DNA of 43,983 bases, from positions 1-43,983 of the IMG/VR virus record IMGVR_UViG_3300017707_001045; one strand, written 5' to 3'. The notes below the pieces were generated by a model. It searched no databases. It saw only the letters and a list, made by a program, of their open reading frames with translations, and was not told the DNA's origin. This document shows, piece after piece, positions 9,357 to 16,821 of the stretch. A program made the translations under genes and the position numbers. Source of the stretch: a virus (Duplodnaviria; Caudoviricetes). Within the stretch, counting starts at the first letter, position 1, and each line of letters begins with the position of its first letter.

Positions 9357-9637
9357 AACACATGATGCGATTTGAGATAGTCCAGCCAATCGTTGGAGCC
9401 TTTCAATCAGAGGCTAACGGCTGGCAGCATGCTCAGGAAGTGGCCAATGGTCACGAGGTTCGCCTAGTTCAGTCCAGGCAGGTTGACCAGGACAAGACAG
9501 AGGTTAAAGACCTTAAGGATTCAGCCTATGAGGTGGAGCCTGAGGATGGAGAGGGTGGCGTTAAGCTCTTCATAGCGGTCGGGTTCTCCTTCGCGGTTGG
9601 ATGTGCAGTCGGATGGATCATTGGGGGTGCAATGTGA
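9353..9637 (+). CDS. Hypothetical protein with a C-terminal TM helix
   Basis: Ends LFIAVGFSFAVGCAVGWIIGGAM; ATGA overlap. Confidence 0.6.
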   Translation: MKHMMRFEIVQPIVGAFQSEANGWQHAQEVANGHEVRLVQSRQVDQDKTEVKDLKDSAYEVEPEDGEGGVKLFIAVGFSFAVGCAVGWIIGGAM

Positions 9638-10107
9638 AACCCTTTAACACCTGCCCCACCTGTTATTGTGTCGTAGATGCTCCAGGAGACTATTGCCACC
9701 GATGCACGCAGAAGCTTGAGAGTAAGGTCATCTTTAGAGTGTGTGTCTGGACGATGGCAATCATCATGATTGGAATCATGGTTGCGCCCAAGAGTTGTCA
9801 TGGGGCTAGCGTGGTAACTGAGGAGTTCCTTGACCGGGTTGCATGGATTGAATCTAGTAACAATCCCAAGGCTATAGGCAAGGCTGGTGAGAGATCCGAA
9901 TATCAGCTCACACCTAGAGCGGTTATAGACGCAGCCAAGACGCTTAAGCGCAATGACTCGTTTCATGTCGCCACAGCACGTCACGCACGTAAATACGCAA
10001 GGCATTACCTGCTTCTATGTGAGCGGGTGCTGGTTAATAGGCTCAAGCGTCAGCCCACAGAGCGCGAGGTTTACGCTGCTTACAATCGAGGACCTTACCG
10101 AAAATGA
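9634..10107 (+). CDS. Lysozyme-like/lytic transglycosylase with N-terminal Cys knuckle and TM segment
   Basis: FLDRVAWIESS (catalytic E-S), AIGKAGERSEYQLT, AAYNRGP; hydrophobic stretch VCVWTMAIIMIGIMVA. Confidence 0.7.
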   Translation: MKPFNTCPTCYCVVDAPGDYCHRCTQKLESKVIFRVCVWTMAIIMIGIMVAPKSCHGASVVTEEFLDRVAWIESSNNPKAIGKAGERSEYQLTPRAVIDAAKTLKRNDSFHVATARHARKYARHYLLLCERVLVNRLKRQPTEREVYAAYNRGPYRK

Positions 10108-10189
10108 CCCTTTCCGAGTCCATTCAGGGTGATCATAGACCCATAGGCGCTCGGTTTACTTCCGCATGGAATGGGTGCGGAACAATTTC

Positions 10190-10262
10190 GGCCTTATCGT
10201 CTAATGTAAGACTCCTGGTTATGGGCCAGGGAATGCGGGTTCGAGTCCCGCGACGGCCTCCA
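10190..10262 (+). tRNA. tRNA-like gene, anticodon AUG (nominally His), encoded CCA; atypical or degenerate
   Basis: D arm gtct/agac; anticodon stem cctgg/ccagg with loop ttATGgg; T arm gcggg-TTCGAGT-cccgc; acceptor ggcctta/gacggcc (2 mismatches); U73-CCA. Confidence 0.7.
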
Positions 10263-10266
10263 ATTT

Positions 10267-10438
10267 ACCAACTTATTAACCCCTGAGCTGCCAAGTGGCT
10301 CGTCCCACGGCTGAGCGCAAGGTCGATAAGTTGGTCTCTTTCCGCTAATCACTCGGACCATATTTGTGTCATCCGAGTAATCTTCGGCAGAGGAAGATTA
10401 GCGGTTAAATCCCTGGGGATGTGGTTACTGATCCAGGG
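10267..10438 (+). ncRNA. Candidate structured RNA(s) directly 3' of the tRNA
   Basis: Helices accaacttat/ataagttggt (10 bp), ccgctaatc/gattagcgg (9 bp), actcgga/tccgagt (7 bp), ccctgg/ccaggg; no credible ORF. Confidence 0.5.
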
Positions 10439-10471
10439 TGAATTTACGGTGAACTAAACCAAGACAAGAAC

Positions 10472-10771
10472 ATGGAAACATACAGCATTGGAAAAGAGAA
10501 GGCGATTGAACTATTCGACTCTGGATGGTGGAAGGATAAGTCCGAGAAGGATGTTGCAATGTTTCAATTTCACATAGACGAACTGTGCTTACCGTTTGGT
10601 GAGTTTCATAGGTGCGTTGAGAAAGCTTTAGGCCGCCCCGTGTTTACTCACGAGTTTGGAATGAACCGAGACGGTCTTATATCGGAGCTGCTGGGGGAAT
10701 CTAAGGTCCCAACAATGGAAGAGATCATCGGATTGATTCCGAGCGATAAGTTAATGGTAGTGGTGGTGTAA
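10472..10771 (+). CDS. Conserved-looking phage hypothetical protein (FHxxVEKALGRPVFTHEF)
   Basis: ORF track; A-rich initiation region. Confidence 0.7.
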   Translation: METYSIGKEKAIELFDSGWWKDKSEKDVAMFQFHIDELCLPFGEFHRCVEKALGRPVFTHEFGMNRDGLISELLGESKVPTMEEIIGLIPSDKLMVVVV

Positions 10772-10820
10772 CAAAAACCGCCCTGGAATCACCCAGAGCG
10801 GTAAACCAAGAACAAGACGA

Positions 10821-11798
10821 ATGAACAATGCACTCACAGTTGTAGAAGGTCAAGGGCTGCAATCCTACGCACCCCAAACGCCTCAGCAGGTTCTGGAGCA
10901 GGTCGGATTGATCCAAGAGGTAATGCGGACGGCGATGCAGAGCGGCTCACACTACGGGACAATTCCAGGCTGCGGAGATAAGCCGACGCTCCTTAAGCCT
11001 GGAGCCGAAAAACTCCTGTTCCTTTTCCGGTTCGGGACGCGAGTTGCGATCAGCGAGCGAGACCTAGGAAAAGGACACCGCGAGTATCAAGTGACAGTCT
11101 CGGTGTTTCGTCAGGCTGACGGAATGGAAGTCGGCCAAGGGGTCGGCTCATGCTCAACCATGGAGGCGAAGTATCGTTACCGATCCACGAACACAAACAA
11201 GGAAGTGCCGCGCGAGTTTTGGAACTCGCGAGACGTGAAGCTGCTAGGCGGGCCGAGCTTCATTTACCGGAAGGTGTCCGGCAAGTTCATGATCTATCAC
11301 CAGGTGGACCACGACAACCCGGCGGACTATTACAACACCTGCCTGAAGATGGCCAAGAAGCGGGCACAGGTTGACGCCACGCTGACGGCCACGGCGGCTA
11401 GCGATTGCTTCACCCAGGACATTGAGGACATCAAGGAGAACCTCTCGCAGTATTCAAGCGAAGAGGAGGAGACGCCGGAGCATGTCGCCACACACTCAGC
11501 CCCAAAGCCTCAGGCACCTAAACCCGCAGTGCAACCAGCGGCAGCAACCACGCAACCTCAGGAGACTAGCGGCGGTTCTGGCTGGCGCAACGTCCAGATC
11601 CACTTCGGAAAGAACAAAGGCGTTTCGCTCGGTTCGATGATGGGCGACAGCCTGAAGTGGTATATCGAGAAATGGGAGCCGAAGCCTTGGCCTGAGGGAT
11701 CCACCAACTACAAGCAGGTTGACCTGGATTTACGCATGGCGCTCAACCAAGCCGACGCCGAATTCAAAGCCGAAGCCAACAACGAAGGAGCAGCATGA
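10821..11798 (+). CDS. Putative single-strand annealing protein (Rad52/Erf-superfamily-like) with a C-terminal FGKxKG domain
   Basis: KPTLLKPGAEKL, NTCLKMAKKRAQVDATL...FTQDIED core; P/A/Q linker; IHFGKNKGVSLG...LKWY; upstream of an exonuclease. Confidence 0.65.
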   Translation: MNNALTVVEGQGLQSYAPQTPQQVLEQVGLIQEVMRTAMQSGSHYGTIPGCGDKPTLLKPGAEKLLFLFRFGTRVAISERDLGKGHREYQVTVSVFRQADGMEVGQGVGSCSTMEAKYRYRSTNTNKEVPREFWNSRDVKLLGGPSFIYRKVSGKFMIYHQVDHDNPADYYNTCLKMAKKRAQVDATLTATAASDCFTQDIEDIKENLSQYSSEEEETPEHVATHSAPKPQAPKPAVQPAAATTQPQETSGGSGWRNVQIHFGKNKGVSLGSMMGDSLKWYIEKWEPKPWPEGSTNYKQVDLDLRMALNQADAEFKAEANNEGAA

Positions 11799-12451
11799 AC
11801 TACCTCGTAAGCGACATTGAAACCGGGCCGCAAGACCTGGAGAAGCTACAGCGGCAAATGCCGGAATTTGAAGCGGCGGCGAATCTGAAAGACCCTGAGA
11901 AGATCAAGGCATCCATCGAGGCCAAGCGTCAGAAGTGGATCCAGGATGCGGCCTTGTCCGCAGAGTCCGGATTGATCCTGGCTATAGGTTACAAGTTTCC
12001 AGGGCAATCACCGATCATCGACATCATGGACGAGGCTTCGATGCTGGTGATTTTCTGGCAACGATTCGAGAGGGCTGCAATCGAAGGTTATCCGATTGTT
12101 GGACACAACTTCTTCGGGTTCGATTGGCCTTTCATCATTCGACGCTCTTGGGCTCTTGGGGTTGATATTCCGCAATCCGCCCGTGACGTTGGACGCTACA
12201 AACGCTCACCGATTTACGACACCTGCCTAGCGTGGGACGTGATGGGAGCACGGGACTACATCAGCCTTGACCGCTTCGCAAAGTTCCTAGGAGTCGGCGA
12301 GAAGAACGGATCCGGTGCAGACTTCGCAAAGCTTCTGGCAAGCGATCCAGCCAAGGCTCGGGAGTATCTCGGAAACGATCTGATTCTCACCGAATCGGTA
12401 TTCCTTCGCATCACCAAAACCGCAGAAGAACAAGACGACTGCCCGCTATGA
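11795..12451 (+). CDS. DnaQ/PolB-type 3'-5' exonuclease
   Basis: ExoI SDIET, ExoII VGHNFFGFDWPFI, ExoIII YLGNDL. Confidence 0.85.
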   Translation: MNYLVSDIETGPQDLEKLQRQMPEFEAAANLKDPEKIKASIEAKRQKWIQDAALSAESGLILAIGYKFPGQSPIIDIMDEASMLVIFWQRFERAAIEGYPIVGHNFFGFDWPFIIRRSWALGVDIPQSARDVGRYKRSPIYDTCLAWDVMGARDYISLDRFAKFLGVGEKNGSGADFAKLLASDPAKAREYLGNDLILTESVFLRITKTAEEQDDCPL

Positions 12452-12915
12452 GCACCCAAACCCAATACCAAAAAGTACGCGAATTCATGCAGGCGTTCGG
12501 GCAGGAGTGTCCGGAGCGCGTGGAGATGCAAAACGACAGCACTTGCGCGATGAGGGCAAGACTTCATCGCGAGGAGTCTGTGACCGAGTTCTCGACCGCA
12601 TGCATCGAAGGAAGCGTCGTTGGCGTTTTCGACTCTGTTCTCGATTCGCTTTACGTGCTACTCGGAACCGCCGTCGCGTTCGGAATCAACGAGGAGATGA
12701 TTGCGCGAGGATTCGCAGAAGTTCACAGGTCAAATATGAGCAAGTTTTGGACAGACGAACAAGTCCATGACGAGCTTGAAAAGATTGACTGCAAGCTGCT
12801 TTTCATCAGAACCCCGCAAGGCTCATTCATCGCCAAAGACTCCTCCGGAAAAATCATCAAATCCCCCAGCTATAGCCCAGCAAACCTGGGGCCGATTTTG
12901 GAGGGGAAGGTATGA
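12448..12915 (+). CDS. MazG-like nucleoside triphosphate pyrophosphohydrolase (PRA-PH/DR2231-like)
   Basis: VREFMQAFGQ, LHREE..E, DSVLDSLYV, FAEVHRSNMSK, GKIIKSPSY. Confidence 0.85.
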   Translation: MSTQTQYQKVREFMQAFGQECPERVEMQNDSTCAMRARLHREESVTEFSTACIEGSVVGVFDSVLDSLYVLLGTAVAFGINEEMIARGFAEVHRSNMSKFWTDEQVHDELEKIDCKLLFIRTPQGSFIAKDSSGKIIKSPSYSPANLGPILEGKV

Positions 12916-13589
12916 AGGAAAGACCGATCCTATTCAACGGCGAGATGGTCCGCGCAATCCTTGACGGAAGGAAGACGCAGACGCGCCGAGTAATCAAGCT
13001 ACCCCACACGGTTCCGGAAGGCTGGTATCCTGACCGCTACAACAAGGAACCAAACTGGACCTTCTGGGGGCCTCGCAAATCAGCGGACTCCGGAAAGTGC
13101 ATGTTGCCGACGTTCACATGTCCGCAGGGCGAGCCTGGGGATCGGTTGTGGGTTCGTGAGACATTCGCAGACGTTCGAGGAATGGGTTTTGATCGTGACC
13201 TTTTCCCGGCTGGGGCTGGTTATCGTGCCGATTGCACTGGCTCTGACTCACTGCGCTGCGCTGAAGACTACGGGATTAAATGGAAACCGTCCATTTTCAT
13301 GCCCCGATGGGCTTCCCGCATAACGCTTGAGAACGCACTGATCCGAGTTGAGCGAGTTCAAGACATCACCGAGGAGGACGCTAAGGCTGAAGGCTGCAAC
13401 CCTCACGTCGCTGGACATGGAATCGTCACGCCTAAGGAGATCGCGGCTGATCCTGGCTATCTGAATTACGCTTCATACCGGGAAGGATACCGGATTCTTT
13501 GGGACTCGATCAACTACCTGCGCGGGTATGGGTGGCACTCTAACCCGTGGGTTTTCGCAACTACATTCAAAAGGATCACCAATGCCTAA
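12912..13589 (+). CDS. ASCH/PUA-like phage protein
   Basis: KERPILFNGEMVRAILDGRKTQTRR, GDRLWVRET, WKPSIFMPRWASRI, NPWV. Confidence 0.85.
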   Translation: MKERPILFNGEMVRAILDGRKTQTRRVIKLPHTVPEGWYPDRYNKEPNWTFWGPRKSADSGKCMLPTFTCPQGEPGDRLWVRETFADVRGMGFDRDLFPAGAGYRADCTGSDSLRCAEDYGIKWKPSIFMPRWASRITLENALIRVERVQDITEEDAKAEGCNPHVAGHGIVTPKEIAADPGYLNYASYREGYRILWDSINYLRGYGWHSNPWVFATTFKRITNA

Positions 13590-13974
13590 CTTCTCCCCAG
13601 ACTGGCTCCGACAGCACGAGGCCAAGCAGCGTGGAAGACATCCCGTCCAGATCGCGCAATCGAAGGCGGTGGAGAAGGAATCAGTCCTTCAAGACGACAT
13701 CGAGGCTTTCTGCCGACGCCAAGGTTGGATCTGCCTTCGCAACCCGATGCACCTACCAACGCACCGCATGCCGGGTGAACCTGATCTGGACATCATCGCA
13801 ATCAACGGCGTGCGGCTTTGGATCGAATGCAAGGCGAAGGGCGGAAAGCTCTCGGCTGAGCAGTTGGGATTCCATGCGTGGGCTCAGAAGCTCGGACACC
13901 AAGTCGAGGTGGTCACGAACTTGGAACAGTTCCACGGGCTCATGTTGGATCTGACTAAGGAGGTGTGGGAGTGA
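13582..13974 (+). CDS. VRR-NUC (PD-(D/E)xK) nuclease
   Basis: ESVLQ...GEPDL...WIECKAKGGKLSAEQ. Confidence 0.85.
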   Translation: MPNFSPDWLRQHEAKQRGRHPVQIAQSKAVEKESVLQDDIEAFCRRQGWICLRNPMHLPTHRMPGEPDLDIIAINGVRLWIECKAKGGKLSAEQLGFHAWAQKLGHQVEVVTNLEQFHGLMLDLTKEVWE

Positions 13975-14180
13975 ACGCAATAACCGACTTCACCCAAGGG
14001 ATCAGGGTTCGCTACCAGCCGTTCATAGGATGCGACGAATCTCAATATGAGTTCGGGAACGTTTCATCGACTAACGCGAAGTATGTATTCGTGAAGTTCG
14101 ACAAGCAGGTTCAGAAGCTTGGATGGGACGGCGCAACGTCTCAGTCATGCAGGCCTGAGGATTTGAGGATTCTGAAATGA
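13971..14180 (+). CDS. Hypothetical phage protein
   Basis: ORF track; GTGA overlap. Confidence 0.65.
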   Translation: MNAITDFTQGIRVRYQPFIGCDESQYEFGNVSSTNAKYVFVKFDKQVQKLGWDGATSQSCRPEDLRILK

Positions 14181-14392
14181 CCTCCCTCCCCCACCAACTC
14201 GCGCAAGCCAAGCGCCAACTCGAAATGGCAAAATCACGATTCGACAATCTCTCTATGAGCTACGACCAACCGCCTTCGGAGGTTCGGAAAGCAAATGAGG
14301 TTTACATCACACAGATGGCAATTGTTGAAACGATTAAGAAGGCCCTGGGGTTTGAGGAGGCGGCACGGGAATGGAAGGAAGAAAAATCATGA
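14177..14392 (+). CDS. Hypothetical protein
   Basis: ORF track; ATGA overlap. Confidence 0.6.
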   Translation: MTSLPHQLAQAKRQLEMAKSRFDNLSMSYDQPPSEVRKANEVYITQMAIVETIKKALGFEEAAREWKEEKS

Positions 14393-14907
14393 ACGAATTC
14401 GAAGCAGGAAGACACTTTGAGAGGCTCAATCATGAGTGCGACCGACTCCAGAGAACCAACGCGGCAATCTGCAAGGAACTCGGATCGATCCAATCGGCGG
14501 TCTGGGCTCTCGAGCGCAATCAAGCTAAGGCGGAAAACATCGGCCTCCTCCAAAAACTTTCCCGATGGTGGAACCGCTCCCACTACCGGGCACTAGAGCA
14601 ACAACTGAGCGAAATTAGGACCCATCAAATGAAACAGGACGAAGCAGTATCAAAGTTGACGGAAACGCAGGAGAACCAGGCGAAGACGATTGCAAACTTG
14701 GTCGAGGGAAACGCTGAGATCAACGCCCTTGTGGCTGGTCTCAAGACCGAGATCGATGCACTGAAGGAAGCGGCGAACAATGCCGAGATCCCCGAGAACA
14801 TCGCGGCTCTGATCGCCGGGTTGGCTACGTCGAGCGCAGAGGCTAAGGACCGCTCGCAAGAGATCGCCGACATCGTGAAGCCCGTCGAACCCCCTCCCGC
14901 TGGCTAA
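14389..14907 (+). CDS. Coiled-coil protein
   Basis: Heptad-rich, Pro-rich tail; followed by a hairpin. Confidence 0.65.
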   Translation: MNEFEAGRHFERLNHECDRLQRTNAAICKELGSIQSAVWALERNQAKAENIGLLQKLSRWWNRSHYRALEQQLSEIRTHQMKQDEAVSKLTETQENQAKTIANLVEGNAEINALVAGLKTEIDALKEAANNAEIPENIAALIAGLATSSAEAKDRSQEIADIVKPVEPPPAG

Positions 14908-14913
14908 CCCCAA

Positions 14914-14938
14914 CCCCCTGGGCCTTCGGGCCTGGGGG
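14914..14938 (+). terminator. GC-rich cUUCGg hairpin (terminator-like or RNA stabiliser; no U-tract on +)
   Basis: ccccc-t-gggcc-TTCG-ggcct-ggggg. Confidence 0.5.
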
Positions 14939-14949
14939 AGAAAATTTCA

Positions 14950-15591
14950 ATGTTACCTAAACCCTATTATCAAGACGACGCGGTGACGCTATACCACGGC
15001 GATTGCAGAGAGATCGTCCCGCACCTGGGGAGGTTTGATTTGCTGCTGACAGATCCGCCGTATGGGATTGGTGCGGATAACCAAAAGCGAATCCTGAGCC
15101 GATCAAACGCAGCCAGCGCGAAGGATTACGGCGCATCAAACTGGGATTCAGAGAGGCCAGCTCCATGGATCCTGCAGATGGCGATATCCGCATGCAAGGA
15201 GTCGATTATCTGGGGCGGCAACTACTTCGACTTTCCGCCGTGCGCTGGGCCTCTGGTATGGGACAAGGAAAACTCCGGTGACTTCGCCGACGGGGAGCTT
15301 GCATGGAACAATCTTGGATCAGCCCTAAGGATCAAGCGGCACATGTGGAATGGCATGCTTCGCAAGGGAGGCGAGGATCGATCCCACCCCACCCAGAAGC
15401 CTCTAGATGTGATTGCCTGGTGTATAACCCTGGCAAGCGATCCAAAAACCATCCTAGACCCATTCGCAGGCTCAGGAACCACAGGCCGCGCAGCCAAAGA
15501 CCTAGGCCGCAAGTGCGTCATGATCGAGCGAGAGGAGAAGTATTGTGAGATTGCAGCTAAGAGGATGGCTCAGGAAGTTTTAGCCCTATGA
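14950..15591 (+). CDS. Orphan DNA N6-adenine/N4-cytosine methyltransferase, beta class
   Basis: Motif IV TDPPY precedes HPTQKP and motif I DPFAGSGTT. Confidence 0.93.
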   Translation: MLPKPYYQDDAVTLYHGDCREIVPHLGRFDLLLTDPPYGIGADNQKRILSRSNAASAKDYGASNWDSERPAPWILQMAISACKESIIWGGNYFDFPPCAGPLVWDKENSGDFADGELAWNNLGSALRIKRHMWNGMLRKGGEDRSHPTQKPLDVIAWCITLASDPKTILDPFAGSGTTGRAAKDLGRKCVMIEREEKYCEIAAKRMAQEVLAL

Positions 15592-16073
15592 TCACCATGG
15601 ACCCCCTAACAGACATCCCCCCTAGCCTGGACTCGGAGAACTTCCGGATTGCATGGGCTGAGTGGGTAGAGTTTAGGATGTCTTTAAAGAAAGTTAAGAG
15701 ATGGGACCTAATGTTTAAGAAACAGCTCGAATGGCTGTCATCAATGCCCATACCTACGGCTATCGCTATAATCGATCAGAGCATCCGCCAGGGGTGGCAG
15801 GGGCTATTTGAGATCAAAACGCCTCCTAGGCCATACCATGGCTCAAATCAGGGCCTTCCTACGTGCCTTCAATCTAATCCTATCGAGGAAAGAACCTCAA
15901 AGTTTACCAAGATGAAGGAACTGGAGCTAGTGGAAGCTCAGCTCAAGGAAATCAGGGGTCGAGCCTCTGAGAGTGCCCTAGAAACCATCTTTGAGCCTCA
16001 GGACATAGAGCCTAGGAGACTGCTGATTGCTAGGAAGAAGCAACTGAAGGCTGAGCTGGGGTATACGAAGTAG
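15588..16073 (+). CDS. Replication-initiator (replisome organiser) C-terminal-like domain with no N-terminal HTH
   Basis: AWAEWVEFRMSLKK...QLEWL...AIAIIDQSIRQGWQGLF resembles the C-terminal domain of phage O-like initiators; only ~15 aa precede it. Confidence 0.55.
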   Translation: MITMDPLTDIPPSLDSENFRIAWAEWVEFRMSLKKVKRWDLMFKKQLEWLSSMPIPTAIAIIDQSIRQGWQGLFEIKTPPRPYHGSNQGLPTCLQSNPIEERTSKFTKMKELELVEAQLKEIRGRASESALETIFEPQDIEPRRLLIARKKQLKAELGYTK

Positions 16074-16154
16074 GTATATATACCTGAGCAGACGCCTGTT
16101 TTTAGGCTAAAACACAATGAAAACCCCAATGATTGTTAACCCTATATACCTGAG
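16072..16154. repeat. 14-bp palindrome plus 12-bp direct repeat (operator/iteron-like)
   Basis: aggtatatatacct at 16072-16085; tatatacctgag at 16077-16088 and 16143-16154. Confidence 0.6.
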
Positions 16155-16355
16155 ATGAGTGCCGCAATCCCACAAACAGTAACAATTAAACTGTCATTTG
16201 AGTTCGACGTTGAATCCTATGGAGTCACAAGCGACGAGGCTATTGAAAGAGTATCAAGGAGATACGACTTTTCAGCCAGAGAGCTGAGCGACGTTGTGGA
16301 GTTGATTAACTCCAAGGGATTCACCCCAAAGCTAGAGATATTTGTAGATTCTTAG
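16155..16355 (+). CDS. Hypothetical protein
   Basis: ORF track. Confidence 0.55.
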   Translation: MSAAIPQTVTIKLSFEFDVESYGVTSDEAIERVSRRYDFSARELSDVVELINSKGFTPKLEIFVDS

Positions 16356-16394
16356 TAAGACGTTGTTGACATCTTAGGAAGACGGTATTACGGT
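16350..16394 (+). promoter_or_regulatory. sigma70-type promoter flanked by paired operator-like repeats
   Basis: TTGACA(16366)-N17-TACGGT(16389); tcttagtaagacg at 16350 and tcttaggaagacg at 16372, 22 bp apart. Confidence 0.7.
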
Positions 16395-16400
16395 CAGATT

Positions 16401-16771
16401 GTTGGTGGCAGCCTTAGAAACTGCATGGCGGATTCGGATGACTTTATTCTCGCTCGTGGTCTAACGACCGGCTTAATCCCGAATCCCCAAGCTTTCTAAG
16501 ACGAGCGAGACTCTTTCTCGCGCTATCAACCGCGTAAGACACATAACTCAAGTGGGCGATGTGATCCGAAGGGGTGGCGGCACCTGTGGCGGACCGGGGT
16601 GCCTTAATGATGCTAGTGGAAGAAGGTTCTATGGCCTGCGAAAAGAAGGCCAGGTGTAGGCAAGACAGACCACCGCACCAGGAACTGGAAAACCGTGTGA
16701 AAGGGATCCCAAGTTTCTCAAAAGAAACGATCTCCAAATGCATGGTTCCCCTCTAAGTAGGGGGACCATGC
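16401..16771 (+). ncRNA. Candidate large structured ncRNA (~370 nt) with predicted pseudoknots
   Basis: Starts at the predicted TSS; many complementary segments; closed by a 13-bp hairpin at 16740-16771; largest gene-free gap in a densely coded genome. Confidence 0.6.
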
Positions 16772-16821
16772 TCAGAAGAAACCCAGTTAACTCAAAGAAA
16801 CTATCCTCCAAAAGAACAACA

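Noticed and set aside
10104-10286. 60-aa ORF
   Set aside because: It overlaps the tRNA-like gene and flanking hairpins and has no protein features.
10277-10325. Twister ribozyme (UAA and a UCCCACGGC loop resemble twister L1/L4)
   Set aside because: The required P2 partner and the GAGGG strand for the pseudoknot are absent; kept only as an unclassified structure.
14950-15591. Restriction-modification system
   Set aside because: No cognate restriction enzyme adjacent; orphan methyltransferases are common in phages.
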